A stretch of DNA of 63,413 nucleotides from Fidelibacterota bacterium (GTDB lineage: Bacteria; Fidelibacterota; UBA8477): assembly GCA_021734045.1 (NCBI GenBank), contig JAIPJR010000002.1, positions 1-63,413 on the forward strand, written 5' to 3'. The notes below the pieces were generated by a model, which worked only from the letters and a program-made list of their open reading frames with translations, had not been told where the DNA came from and made no database searches. Made by a program: the position numbers and the translations under genes. Below are positions 37,393-47,718 of the stretch, in pieces. Numbering within the stretch: the stretch's first letter is position 1; every line of letters begins with the position of its first letter.

Positions 37393-38814
37393 CTACTTTT
37401 TCTTCTTCGGCACATAAATATCCGTCACCGTCCCGGTAAAGACCTCAGCAGCATTCATGACTGTTTCCGAAAGGGTGGGATGCGGGTGGATGGTGAGACC
37501 AATGTCCTCCGCATCGGCACCCATCTCAATTGCCAAAGCACCTTCAGAAATTAAATCGCCCGCGTTAGGACCGACGATACCGATTCCCAACACACGATGC
37601 GTTTCCGGATCAAACAGCATTTTTGTAAAGCCGTCTTCCCGTCCCAGCGCCAACGCCCGACCGCTGGCCGCCCAGGGGAATTGACTCTTTTCGTAGGGAA
37701 TGTCTTTGGCCTTTGCTTCCGTTTCTGTCAGCCCTGCCCAGGCAATTTCCGGATCGGTAAAAATGACGGCCGGAATTGCCCGCGCATCAAATTTTGCAGG
37801 TAAGCCAGCAATCACCTCTGCCGCAACTTTCGCCTCATAGGTGGCCTTATGCGCCAGCATGGGATCGCCGGCCACATCTCCAATGGCCAGAATGTGCTCA
37901 TCAGCAGTGCGCTGGTACTCATTTACCTCAATGAACCCCCGGTCCGTGACATTCACATGGGTATTTTCCAGACCGAGATTTTCCGAATTTGGTTTCCGGC
38001 CAACCGCCACCAGTACCTTGTCAAATACCTGCGGTTCCACCTTTTTCTCACCTTCGAAGTGAACTTTCAAACCATTTTTCTGCGGTTCGATTTTAGAGAC
38101 TTTTGTTTTTAACCAGATATTTTCAAACCGTGCTTTCAGTCGCTTGGCCAGCGGCCTGACCAAATCAGCATCTGCGCCGGGCAGAAGATTTTCCATGAAT
38201 TCCACTACCGAGACTTTGGACCCCAGCGCCTGGTAAACCGTTCCCATCTCCAGACCAATGTACCCGGCACCAATAACCAACAGTCGCTTGGGAACATCCG
38301 CCAGATCCAGCGCACCGGTGGAATTAAGTAAACGCTTATCATCTACCGGGAAGGAGGGAATCGTGGCTGGTCGTGAGCCACTGGCGATAATGGCATTCTC
38401 AAATTCGATTTTCACGGTTCCATCATCGGTTTCAACGGCCATTTCTGTGGAGCTGGTAAATTTCCCTACGCCCTGCACGACTTGAACTTTCCGCGCTTTG
38501 GCCATCTGGCCGATACCGCGGGTTAGGCGGGATACGATACCATTTTTCCACTCACGAATTTTGTCCACATCCAGCTTGGGTTTGCCGAAGGTTATGCCGA
38601 AATCAGCCACTTCCTGCGACTCCTCCAGCACCCGGGCCACATGCAGCAGGGCTTTTGAAGGAATACAGCCTCGGTTTAAGCAGACGCCACCCAAGCTGGC
38701 GTCCTTGTCCACTAATACAACCTGTTTACCCAGATCCGCCGCCCGAAAAGCCGCCGCGTATCCACCGGGACCAGCGCCCAAAACCGCAATTTCTGCTTTT
38801 ATATTTTTACTCAT
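37393..38814 (-). CDS. lpdA: Dihydrolipoyl dehydrogenase (E3)
   Basis: 473 aa. FAD motif GAGPGGY, redox-active disulfide GGVCLNRGCIPSK, and C-terminal HPHPTLSE. Confidence 0.95.
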   Translation of the reverse strand: MSKNIKAEIAVLGAGPGGYAAAFRAADLGKQVVLVDKDASLGGVCLNRGCIPSKALLHVARVLEESQEVADFGITFGKPKLDVDKIREWKNGIVSRLTRGIGQMAKARKVQVVQGVGKFTSSTEMAVETDDGTVKIEFENAIIASGSRPATIPSFPVDDKRLLNSTGALDLADVPKRLLVIGAGYIGLEMGTVYQALGSKVSVVEFMENLLPGADADLVRPLAKRLKARFENIWLKTKVSKIEPQKNGLKVHFEGEKKVEPQVFDKVLVAVGRKPNSENLGLENTHVNVTDRGFIEVNEYQRTADEHILAIGDVAGDPMLAHKATYEAKVAAEVIAGLPAKFDARAIPAVIFTDPEIAWAGLTETEAKAKDIPYEKSQFPWAASGRALALGREDGFTKMLFDPETHRVLGIGIVGPNAGDLISEGALAIEMGADAEDIGLTIHPHPTLSETVMNAAEVFTGTVTDIYVPKKKK

Positions 38815-38884
38815 AAAAATGCCTCATCATACTGATATTATTTGTTTTATAAATTTATCCCAATGGCTCCAGCCTGGACCAGGA

Positions 38885-40246
38885 TTACAGCAACAACCGC
38901 CGGATATCGGACAGCATGTCGCTTACAAATTTGGTAAAACGCGCGCCGGCTGCCCCATCAATCACCCGGTGGTCATAGGAAAGAGAAAATGGTAGAATCA
39001 GCCGGGGAACAAACTCGCCATCGCGCCAGATGGGTTTCATTGCCGCCCTGGAAACACCCAAAATTGCCACCTCAGGTGTATTTACGATGGGGGTGAAGTA
39101 GGTACCGCCAATACCGCCCAGACTGGAAATAGTAAAACTGGCGCCCTTCAGCTCCGCCGGTGTGACCTTACGTTCCCGGGTGCGCTCACTGAGATCTGCC
39201 AGCTCCTCAGCCAGTTCCATGATGCTCTTCTTATCCACATCGCGAACCACCGGGACCATCAGTCCCTGTTCCGTGTCCACCGCGATTCCCAGGTGGTAGT
39301 ACTTTTTCCGAATTAATGATTCACCCGATGGGTCCAGGGAAGCGTTGGCATCAGGAAATGCTTTTAGAGCCGCCACAACGGCTTTCATTATGAAAGGGAG
39401 TATCGTTAACTTCGTTCCTCGCGCCTCTGCAGCTGCTTTCTCCGATTTCCGGAATGCTTCCAAAGCGGTAATATCCGCCTCTTCGAATTGCGTCACATGG
39501 GGAGCAACCTGCCAACTCTGTTGCATGTTCTGTCCGGTGAGACGTCTGATTTTATTAAGCCCTATTGTTTCAATCTCACCCCACTGGGAAAAATCGATTT
39601 CCGGAGCCTGGGGTATTCCCACACCACCTCCAGCACCACTCTGGGCACGGGTGACCTGCTGTTTGATGTAGGCTTCCACATCCGATTTGAGGATGCGGTT
39701 TTTGGGTCCGGTTCCACTCACACGCTCCAGATCAGCGCCCAATTCACGGGCGAATTTTCGAATAGCAGGACTGGCCAGCGGCGGCGCGTTCCCGGTGGAT
39801 TTCCGGGGCTCCAGCTCGGGTGTGGGTTCACCCTTTTCAGGCTGAGGAACGGCTGGGCGTTCGGGTTTGGGTTGTGGTTTTTTTGAGGACGCCTCTTCTG
39901 ATGCCGGCTTTTCATCTGCAGATGTTTCGTCAGCTGTTTCGTCTGAAGACGCTGATTTTGCCGGGGACTGCTCCTCCTGGGAGGATTCCGATTTAGACGC
40001 AGAATCGCCCGCCGCTTCAACTGTCATCAAAACCCCGCCGGGTCCCACCGCATCTCCTACCTTTACCTTAATATCCTTCACCGTACCGGCAGAGGTGGCG
40101 GGAATTTCCATGGTGGCCTTCTCTGTTTCCACAACCAAAACCACATCATCCACATTGACAGTATCGCCTGCTTTCACACGAATTTCGCTGATTTCAACGC
40201 TGTCAATCCCTTCACCCAGTTCTGGTAATTTCAGTTCTTCTATCAT
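38885..40246 (-). CDS. aceF: Dihydrolipoamide acetyltransferase (E2) of the pyruvate dehydrogenase complex, single lipoyl domain
   Basis: Lipoyl attachment block VVETEKATMEIP, an E3-binding domain (ASPAIRKFARELGADL), and the catalytic motif SLSYDHRVIDGA. The ORF extends to 40285, but the ATG at 40246 (MIEELKLPELGEG) is the likely start. Confidence 0.93.
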   Translation of the reverse strand: MIEELKLPELGEGIDSVEISEIRVKAGDTVNVDDVVLVVETEKATMEIPATSAGTVKDIKVKVGDAVGPGGVLMTVEAAGDSASKSESSQEEQSPAKSASSDETADETSADEKPASEEASSKKPQPKPERPAVPQPEKGEPTPELEPRKSTGNAPPLASPAIRKFARELGADLERVSGTGPKNRILKSDVEAYIKQQVTRAQSGAGGGVGIPQAPEIDFSQWGEIETIGLNKIRRLTGQNMQQSWQVAPHVTQFEEADITALEAFRKSEKAAAEARGTKLTILPFIMKAVVAALKAFPDANASLDPSGESLIRKKYYHLGIAVDTEQGLMVPVVRDVDKKSIMELAEELADLSERTRERKVTPAELKGASFTISSLGGIGGTYFTPIVNTPEVAILGVSRAAMKPIWRDGEFVPRLILPFSLSYDHRVIDGAAGARFTKFVSDMLSDIRRLLL

Positions 40247-40303
40247 GCACTTATCTCCTGCCCGGGTCGCATTTTCGACCTGCAAGGCAATTCATTGAAA
40301 AGG

Positions 40304-42976
40304 TTAACGGGTCGCCGGATTCATACTTTCCGGGTCGATATTGTATTTCTTAATCGCCGCTTTCACGGTTTTGATCGGGATGATTTCTTCCATCGCCAAC
40401 TCATACAAGGCTGCAACCGCAATGGCATAACGATCCACCTCAAAGAATCGGCGCAGTTGTTCCCGTGTCTCACTGCGTCCATAACCATCCGTCCCTAAAA
40501 CCGCATAGCTGCGTGGCATCCAGGGGGAAATCTGATCAGCGAACATCTTTACATAGTCAGACGCTGCCACGATGGGACCCTGGCGAGGTTCCAGCATTTC
40601 AGTAACATAAGCTTTTTTCTGTTTTTTATCCGGATGGAGGCGATTCCAGCGCTTTTTGTTACACGCCTCCCTGCGGAGTTCGGTGAAACTGGTTACGCTC
40701 CAGACATCGGCGTTTACATCCCAATCTTCCAGCAACAAAACACTAGCGGCTTCTACTTCCCGGTTGATGGCACCACTGCCCAGGAGCTGAACCGTGGGTT
40801 TGTCTTTAGCCTGACCCTCGATACGCAGATACATGCCCTTAATAATTCCCTCTTCGATGCCTTCGGGCATCTTGGGGTGGCTGTAATTTTCATTCTCCAA
40901 GGTGAGGTAATAGAAGATATTTTCATCATCCTGATACATCCGTTTCAGGCCATCCTGCATAATCACGGCGACCTCATAGGCAAATCCCGGATCGTAAGAT
41001 TTCAGATTGGGAAGGGTGGATGCCAGCAGCAGGCTATGACCGTCCTGATGTTGCAAACCTTCACCAGCCAGCGTCGTGCGGCCCGATGTGGCGCCCAGGA
41101 GGAATCCTTTTACCCGCATATCCCCCGCCGCCCAGAGCAGGTCACCCACGCGCTGAAAACCGAACATTGAGTAAAAAATGTAAAACGGAATCATGGCTTT
41201 ACCGTGGGTGCTGTAAGACATTCCTGCCGCCATGAATGATGCCGTGGCACCCGCTTCGGTAATGCCCTCTTCCAGGATTTGACCCTTCACATCTTCCCGG
41301 TAATACAGAAATTGATCCGAATCCACCGGGTCATAAAGCTGCCCCACATGGGAATAGATGCCCAGTTGGCGGAAAAGCGGATCCATCCCAAATGTCCGGG
41401 CTTCATCAGGGATGATGGGAACGATGCGATCGGCGATGTTTTTATCCTTAAGTAACAGGCTCAATCCCCGTACGAATGCCATGGTGGTCGAGACTTCCCG
41501 GTCGCCGGTACCTTCCAGAATAGATTCAAAAGCCTTCAATTCAGGAATTTTCAGTTTTTCACTGCTCGTAAGCCGGGCAGGTAACGCACCACCCAATGCT
41601 TCCCGGCGCTTTTTCAGATATTGCATCTCTTCGCTGTCGTCCGAAGGTTTGTAAAAGGGCGCTTTTGCGATGTCATCATCAGAAATGGGAATAGAAAAGC
41701 GGTCTCGGAAGTGGCGCATTTCATCGTCATTCAATTTTTTCTGCTGGTGGGTAATGTTACGCCCTTCACCGGCTTCACCCAGACCATACCCTTTTATGGT
41801 ACTGGCCAGAATGACAGTGGGCTGGTGTTTGTGTTCAACAGCCTCCGCGTAAGCAGCATAGACCTTGGCCGGGTCGTGCCCACCACGCTTTAATTTATAG
41901 AGTTCTTCATCGGTCATGTGTTTGACCATCTCTTTCAACTCCGGGTACTTCCCAAAGAAGTGCTCACGAATGTAGTCGCCGCCTTCTACCACATATTTCA
42001 GGGAATCACCATCCACAATTTCTTCCATCCGCTTGGCCAGCAATCCGGAACTATCCTTATCCAGTAAATCATCCCACTCGGAGCCCCACACCACTTTAAT
42101 GACATTCCAGCCGGCGCCGCGGAAAGCACCTTCCAGCTCCTGAATTATTTTTGCATTTCCCCGTACCGGACCATCGAGACGCTGCATATTGCAATTGATA
42201 ACGAAAATCAGATTATCCAACTGCTCCCGTGATGCCAAAGTAATGGCTCCCAACGACTCGGGTTCGTCCATCTCACCATCACCCAGAAAGGCCCAGACTT
42301 TACGGCCTTTATCCTCCATTAAGCCACGATCATACATGTATTTCATAAAACGCGCCTGGTAAATTGCCTGAATCGGCCCCAGACCCATTGAGACCGTGGC
42401 AAATTGCCAGAAATCCGGCATGAGCCAGGGATGGGGATAACTGGAAAGCCCGCCACCTTCAGCCAATTCCTGCCGGAAATTATGAAGCTGTTCCTCGGTA
42501 AGTCTGCCTTCCAAGAAAGCCCGGGCATAGATGCCCGGGGACGCATGTCCCTGGAAGAAAATCATGTCACCCTCGTAGTCATCCGTTCGCCCGCGGAAAA
42601 AGTGATTATATGCCACTTCATAGAGTGTCGCCGCCGATGCGTAAGTTGAAATATGACCACCCAGACCGGGATGGTTCCGGTTCGCTTTCACCACCATGGC
42701 CATAGCGTTCCACCGGATGATGGATTTGATACGGCGCTCAATCGCCCGGTCACCGGGAAAGGGCCGCTGCTGGGAAACCGGGATGGTGTTCAGATAATCA
42801 GTATTGGGACTATAAGGTGCCCGCACACCGTTGCGACGGGCGTATTCCTGGAGTTTTTCCAGGATAAAATGGGTGCGTTCCACACCGCCGGTTTCCAGAA
42901 TTGCGTCCAGCGATTCAATCCACTCGCGAGTCTCCTGTGGATCGATATCTTTATGTTTATCAAAATCGTAGTACAT
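40304..42976 (-). CDS. aceE: Pyruvate dehydrogenase E1 component, homodimeric type
   Basis: 890 aa. N-terminal block DIDPQETREWIESLD and the ThDP-binding region GDGEMDEPES...NLIFVINCN are typical of AceE. RBS GAGGTG lies upstream. Confidence 0.96.
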   Translation of the reverse strand: MYYDFDKHKDIDPQETREWIESLDAILETGGVERTHFILEKLQEYARRNGVRAPYSPNTDYLNTIPVSQQRPFPGDRAIERRIKSIIRWNAMAMVVKANRNHPGLGGHISTYASAATLYEVAYNHFFRGRTDDYEGDMIFFQGHASPGIYARAFLEGRLTEEQLHNFRQELAEGGGLSSYPHPWLMPDFWQFATVSMGLGPIQAIYQARFMKYMYDRGLMEDKGRKVWAFLGDGEMDEPESLGAITLASREQLDNLIFVINCNMQRLDGPVRGNAKIIQELEGAFRGAGWNVIKVVWGSEWDDLLDKDSSGLLAKRMEEIVDGDSLKYVVEGGDYIREHFFGKYPELKEMVKHMTDEELYKLKRGGHDPAKVYAAYAEAVEHKHQPTVILASTIKGYGLGEAGEGRNITHQQKKLNDDEMRHFRDRFSIPISDDDIAKAPFYKPSDDSEEMQYLKKRREALGGALPARLTSSEKLKIPELKAFESILEGTGDREVSTTMAFVRGLSLLLKDKNIADRIVPIIPDEARTFGMDPLFRQLGIYSHVGQLYDPVDSDQFLYYREDVKGQILEEGITEAGATASFMAAGMSYSTHGKAMIPFYIFYSMFGFQRVGDLLWAAGDMRVKGFLLGATSGRTTLAGEGLQHQDGHSLLLASTLPNLKSYDPGFAYEVAVIMQDGLKRMYQDDENIFYYLTLENENYSHPKMPEGIEEGIIKGMYLRIEGQAKDKPTVQLLGSGAINREVEAASVLLLEDWDVNADVWSVTSFTELRREACNKKRWNRLHPDKKQKKAYVTEMLEPRQGPIVAASDYVKMFADQISPWMPRSYAVLGTDGYGRSETREQLRRFFEVDRYAIAVAALYELAMEEIIPIKTVKAAIKKYNIDPESMNPATR

Positions 42977-43343
42977 GCTGTAAACACCTCGTGCTTTAAG
43001 GGTATTGTGGGTGCAGTCCTTGACATTTTAACAGGGAGAAATAATGGGCAAGAAACGAAATCGGGAAGGTAATAAGGTTTGGAAATGGACTGCGCCGGTT
43101 CGTCGTGAAACTCCTGATTTTAATGGTTTTACGAAAGTCATCGTGATGTCGCATAAACCACCTCCGTTTCAAATGACTCCGCCGGATTTTCTCCGGGCAT
43201 TTAGTATAACATGAAAACGAATCTCAGGTAGCGAAACTTTCATTCCACAGACGAGGCTTCGGGAGCCGGGTCTTTCGCTTTCAACCGGTGTTCAAATCCA
43301 ACCATAACGCGTTGAAATCACTAACACTTTCCTGGTTAAGCGA

Positions 43344-44138
43344 GTGTCCCGGCGAATTCAATTGCATTCACATATACACCTGATATATTTGCCTCCAATG
43401 AGCTTTGATTTATCACAAGTACTACAGGAATGGCCCTATAATCCGCATCGTATAATTGCCCGGAAATTTTTAGGCGATGATGGGGTGGAAAAAATCCAGA
43501 TGCGGGTCGATCTGGGCATTTTACAGATGAATTACAGCGGCCGACCGGACGGGAGTAAACCCAAAAAATCCACATCACTGCTGGAATATTACCGGAAACG
43601 CCTGAAACGAGAAAAATCACTGTTGCTGCTAACGGAAGATGTACAACAACTTCGTCTGGAAGCCATTCAGTACTATCATCGATATCTGAGCCTCTACCAC
43701 CTGAAAGATTACCCGGGCGTTATCCGGGATACACGGCATAACCTGGAAATTTTAAAACTTATCAGCCGGCATGCCGCTGAAGAAGATTCCTGGGCGGTTC
43801 AGCAATATCGTCCGCATGTACTGATGATGCACGCCAGCGCAAAAGCGCTGTTACAGATGGAACGCAACCAGAGAAACGAGGCGCTGGCCACCGTCCATCT
43901 GGGCATTCGTCAGATCAAACGCTTCTATGGTGATGTATTTGATCTTGACCAACCCGAAATGAGTCCGGAGGTCATGAGTCTCAGGGAGCTGCAGCATCGG
44001 ATTACCGATGACAGTGTACCGGCGCCACCGGAAAAAGAGGTGGATTTGGCTGAAAATTTAGAATTGGCTATATATGCCGAGAATTTTGAACTGGCTGCCC
44101 GTCTGCGTGATGAATTGAACCGTCTCAAGGACGATTAA
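43344..44138 (+). CDS. UVR (UvrB/UvrC motif) domain-containing protein of unknown function
   Basis: C-terminal ENLELAIYAENFELAARLRDELNRLK matches the UVR motif. The rest is unrecognised. The start is ambiguous: GTG at 43344 or ATG at 43398. Confidence 0.65.
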   Translation: MSRRIQLHSHIHLIYLPPMSFDLSQVLQEWPYNPHRIIARKFLGDDGVEKIQMRVDLGILQMNYSGRPDGSKPKKSTSLLEYYRKRLKREKSLLLLTEDVQQLRLEAIQYYHRYLSLYHLKDYPGVIRDTRHNLEILKLISRHAAEEDSWAVQQYRPHVLMMHASAKALLQMERNQRNEALATVHLGIRQIKRFYGDVFDLDQPEMSPEVMSLRELQHRITDDSVPAPPEKEVDLAENLELAIYAENFELAARLRDELNRLKDD

Positions 44139-44218
44139 TTATCCTTTTGCCGCACTAAAGCTTACCCTACATTTGCGTTTGCTATCCACATCCAGTCTAG
44201 TTTTCCGGGGGGAGGAAA

Positions 44219-44974
44219 ATGTTCATAACCTTGCTTAAGTCACGCCTGTTTTGGGTTTATTTGGCTGTCTTCGCGCTGATGGGGTGCGGAAATCCAAAAA
44301 TTATTGAAGACACAGTCCAACTGGATCAGGCTTTTATTCCGTTACTGTATGCCACCGAACAGGGTGACAGCACCACTGCGGAAATCATGGCAAAGTTCGA
44401 CCGGTTCGTTCGTCGCTGGCAATTGTTTTACGGCAGTTACTATACGGCAAATCAGATCAATCCCAAATGGGGTTTGAGCCTGGACAAGATTAATCAGCGA
44501 GTAAATGCCATCGAAGATTCATTGGTGGATCGCAAAGTTCTATCCGGAATACATACGATGTTGGAATCCATTCGTGATGACCTGACAAAACTTAGGTGGG
44601 ACAATCAGATTGCCTATGCGCTGGATGAATTTACCGCGTTTCACACCATCATGAAGCCTATGTGGGCAGCAGCTGATAGTATGGTGATTGAACCGGATGA
44701 AGCCGAAAAACATGTCAAGCCCATTCTCCACCACATGGTCGATGCGGAAAAGCAGTGGCGCCGCGTTCAAATGGTGCGTATTGATCCGATTTTATTCGAT
44801 CTTACGGAGACCGAAGCGCAAAAGCTCCATCAAGGCATCCAGACCATTCAAGCCAAATTAACCCAATTGAATGATGCTATTAACCGGTCCGATATCATGC
44901 AAATGGCCGAATTGGTGCGAGGCATTAAGCCTGAATATGAAAAAATCTACCTGTTATTCGGAAATTTTGACTGA
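44219..44974 (+). CDS. Hypothetical lipoprotein
   Basis: 251 aa with lipobox FALMGC and RBS GGGGGGAGG upstream. No family recognised. Confidence 0.6.
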   Translation: MFITLLKSRLFWVYLAVFALMGCGNPKIIEDTVQLDQAFIPLLYATEQGDSTTAEIMAKFDRFVRRWQLFYGSYYTANQINPKWGLSLDKINQRVNAIEDSLVDRKVLSGIHTMLESIRDDLTKLRWDNQIAYALDEFTAFHTIMKPMWAAADSMVIEPDEAEKHVKPILHHMVDAEKQWRRVQMVRIDPILFDLTETEAQKLHQGIQTIQAKLTQLNDAINRSDIMQMAELVRGIKPEYEKIYLLFGNFD

Positions 44975-45022
44975 TCCAAACTCAGCGGGATTTTATCGAG
45001 CCCAAAACCGGTGTCGTTTGTT

Positions 45023-46276
45023 CTAATTTTCCACCGAAAATAACGAACGATAAGCGGATAAATTAACAATGGGTGGTTTGAATAAATCCTGTAGAACTAA
45101 TCCCACTGCCCCCAGCATACCAGCACGGTTTTTCAAGCTTCCCGGAACGATCTGAACCTCCTGAGCCGGCATTCGCAATTCATCCTGTCGGGTTTTGGCT
45201 AACGCGGTCTCCAGCACCGCATCACAACAATCCATGAGCGGACCGCCCAGAACGATCATTTCGGGATTCAGGAAGTTGATCATCCCGATAAGCAGCATGC
45301 CCAACAAATTGCCGAATTCAGTTAAAGCGTCTGAAGCCAACTTATCGCCCGCCGCGGCATATTCCGCTATCAAGGGCAAATCCAACTTTTTCCCCTGCAG
45401 TTTCGAATCCACATGATTGGTAGCGAGATGCTGCTGAATGGCACTTACCAGGTAACGATTGGTCAGGATTTCACCGTAGCGGCGCTGACTGGCGTGGAGG
45501 ATGGGAAATTTTTCTTTGTTGAAATCCAGTGCGCCCACTTCATTATATCCAATTTCACCGGCTGAGCTGGTAAACCCCCGGTATAGCTCACCATTAATCA
45601 CAAGCCCGGCGCCAATACCCTCGCCCAGCCAGATATAGATGAGATTATCTGTTTCCACACCGGCGCCCCAATGAAATTCACCCAGCGTGGTGGTCTTCAC
45701 ATCATTTTCAATATAAATACGAGTATCCAGCAATCCTTCCAGGTAGCTCCGGATGGGAAAACCAATCCACGATTTGAGCGAATCGGCGTAGCGCAGTGTG
45801 CCATTCTCATAATCCACCAGTCCGGGCAGGGCTACGCCAACACCCAATATTCTGTCCATCTTGGATTCATGCTCAAACATGCGCTCAATCGCACGTACTA
45901 TGCGCCGCAGGATATTCTCCGGATTGGAATTGTCCTTATAAGTGATGGATTTCTGCGCCACCGTCTCGGCATTCATATTGGTGATGAGAATGCTGGCATA
46001 ATTCAGGTGAATTTCCACCCCAATGGCGTACCAGGCATCCGCATTGAATTCCAACATAATCGGACGCCGTCCCCCCCGGTCGGTGGAGTCCCCTTTCCCC
46101 ACTTCATAAATAATTTCCGTATCCAGTAATCTGGCAACAATTCCACCGATGATCACCTTGGATAGTCCCATCTCGCGGGCGACCTGCGATCTGGAAATGG
46201 GTCCCTTGTCACGGATGATTCTTAAAACACTGATTTCATTGATTTGACGAACGAAATGGAAATTATTTTTCTTCAT
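45023..46276 (-). CDS. ROK family transcriptional regulator (NagC/Mlc/XylR-like)
   Basis: 417 aa. N-terminal winged HTH (ISRSQVAREMGLSKVII) and ROK sugar-kinase-fold blocks (LGVGVALPGLVD, GEIGY). Confidence 0.9.
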   Translation of the reverse strand: MKKNNFHFVRQINEISVLRIIRDKGPISRSQVAREMGLSKVIIGGIVARLLDTEIIYEVGKGDSTDRGGRRPIMLEFNADAWYAIGVEIHLNYASILITNMNAETVAQKSITYKDNSNPENILRRIVRAIERMFEHESKMDRILGVGVALPGLVDYENGTLRYADSLKSWIGFPIRSYLEGLLDTRIYIENDVKTTTLGEFHWGAGVETDNLIYIWLGEGIGAGLVINGELYRGFTSSAGEIGYNEVGALDFNKEKFPILHASQRRYGEILTNRYLVSAIQQHLATNHVDSKLQGKKLDLPLIAEYAAAGDKLASDALTEFGNLLGMLLIGMINFLNPEMIVLGGPLMDCCDAVLETALAKTRQDELRMPAQEVQIVPGSLKNRAGMLGAVGLVLQDLFKPPIVNLSAYRSLFSVEN

Positions 46277-46414
46277 GAGCCCCTCAACTGCCTTATTGCC
46301 AATTCGTAAGGGCGAAGTTAATTAATTTTTTTTACTAATTCCAGTTGTTTCTCCCTGTTGCCTTTGCGAAATCATGAAATTTGGTTATACTTCATGCCAG
46401 ACAGGATGCAGAAT

Positions 46415-47623
46415 ATGGGTGAAAAAGTCATTATTTACGAACCGGCAGATGTGTCCGGATATGGTCCATTGGTGATGTTGCGGCATCTGGCGGACCTACC
46501 CTACGGAATTTATTCAAATTGGGATCGTGCCCGCCGGGTTCTGCCTGAGGTTGACCTGCGATTATGGGGGCGCCCACTCCTGCAACATGTGAATGCGGAG
46601 ACACATCCTGACAGTAGTATTAACGAGAAAACTGAGACAGCTTATTACCTCCACGGTGGTGTCCCAGCCTGGCATTATCCCCTGTTGCTGGAAAAACTCC
46701 AGTCAGTCAAGGCACTGGTCTGGTCTGGAGAAGTTATCGCCGCCCGGCTGGATGATGCCATTCAACCAACCCCCTACTTTTTCACCCACCTGAAAGAACT
46801 GCCTGCTGAGGATGTGAGCTCAGAACTGGATGACATTCCGTACCATTTTTGGTCATTTCTTGACCTGCGGCAAACAGCATTGGAATTCGATTCGACATTT
46901 TGGCTGGCGGAAAATGATACCGACAATGGTTTTGATCCATTGCTCCCTATGAACCAGCCGGAACGGATTCATATTCATTCAGATGCCCATGTTTCAACGG
47001 GTGTCTTCCTGGATGCCACCGCCGGTCCCATTGTAGTGGATGCGAGTGTAGAGGTACCACCATTTGTCACACTCCGGGGACCGTTGTACCTGGGTACGGA
47101 AACGCAGGTAAAAGACGGGGCATCCCTGCGCGGGAGCATAATCGGCGCGAGTTGTCGTGTGGGCGGCGAGGTCGCCAACAGCATTTTCCTGCCCTTTGTG
47201 AATAAGGCGCATGCCGGATTTGTGGGTACATCCATGATTGGCTCCTGGGTGAATCTGGGTGCCCAAACCACAACCAGTAATCTGAAAAACAATTACGGCA
47301 GCATTCGGGTCCGCTGGGGTATCGAGGAGTACAACACCCACCAACAATTTTTAGGTGCCACATTGGGCGATCACACAAAAACCGCGATTGGAAGTTTGCT
47401 GAATACAGGTTGTGTCAGTGGTATTTTCGTGAATTATTTCCAACCTGGATTATCAGACAAATTCATACCGTCATTCACCTGGGGAAATGGCCGGTACGAG
47501 ATAAACAAGGCACTACAAACCGCCGCTCAGGTGGTGCAGCGCCGAAATCAGGAGCTTTCGCATGCCATGGAGGCATTGATCCGCGATATCTGGCAACATC
47601 CTGAAACGGCATTTCGCTGGTAG
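46415..47623 (+). CDS. Putative sugar nucleotidyltransferase / hexapeptide-repeat (left-handed beta-helix) protein, alternative GlmU-like family
   Basis: C-terminal block VGGEVANSIFLPFVNKAHAGFVGTSMIGSWVNLGAQTTTSNLKNNYG matches my recollection of the TIGR03991-type family. The ORF extends to a TTG at 46358; the ATG at 46415 (MGEKVIIYE) is the likely start. Confidence 0.7.
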   Translation: MGEKVIIYEPADVSGYGPLVMLRHLADLPYGIYSNWDRARRVLPEVDLRLWGRPLLQHVNAETHPDSSINEKTETAYYLHGGVPAWHYPLLLEKLQSVKALVWSGEVIAARLDDAIQPTPYFFTHLKELPAEDVSSELDDIPYHFWSFLDLRQTALEFDSTFWLAENDTDNGFDPLLPMNQPERIHIHSDAHVSTGVFLDATAGPIVVDASVEVPPFVTLRGPLYLGTETQVKDGASLRGSIIGASCRVGGEVANSIFLPFVNKAHAGFVGTSMIGSWVNLGAQTTTSNLKNNYGSIRVRWGIEEYNTHQQFLGATLGDHTKTAIGSLLNTGCVSGIFVNYFQPGLSDKFIPSFTWGNGRYEINKALQTAAQVVQRRNQELSHAMEALIRDIWQHPETAFRW

Positions 47624-47718
47624 CTGCTAACCGTATTTAATCATACTGATTTTAATGATGACGAAGAGGGACGGGTTTTAAACCAACGAACTGATGCTGA
47701 GAAGGTTGAGAGGGTAAA

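Noticed and set aside
37371-37394. Direct repeat TCTACTAACT x2, separated by 4 nt, at the lpd stop codon
   Set aside because: There are only two 10-nt copies and no array or associated gene. It is most likely chance, or part of a weak transcription-end region.
39780-40010. Low-complexity, repeat-like stretch in aceF (SESSQEEQSPAKSASSDETADETSADEKPASEEASSKKPQPKPE...)
   Set aside because: This is the normal flexible Ala/Pro/charged inter-domain linker of E2 acyltransferases, not a DNA repeat element.
40634-41170. 178-aa ORF antisense to aceE; similar antisense ORFs occur in lpd (38498..38995) and the GH3 gene (48031..48528)
   Set aside because: These are shadow ORFs within confidently identified genes.
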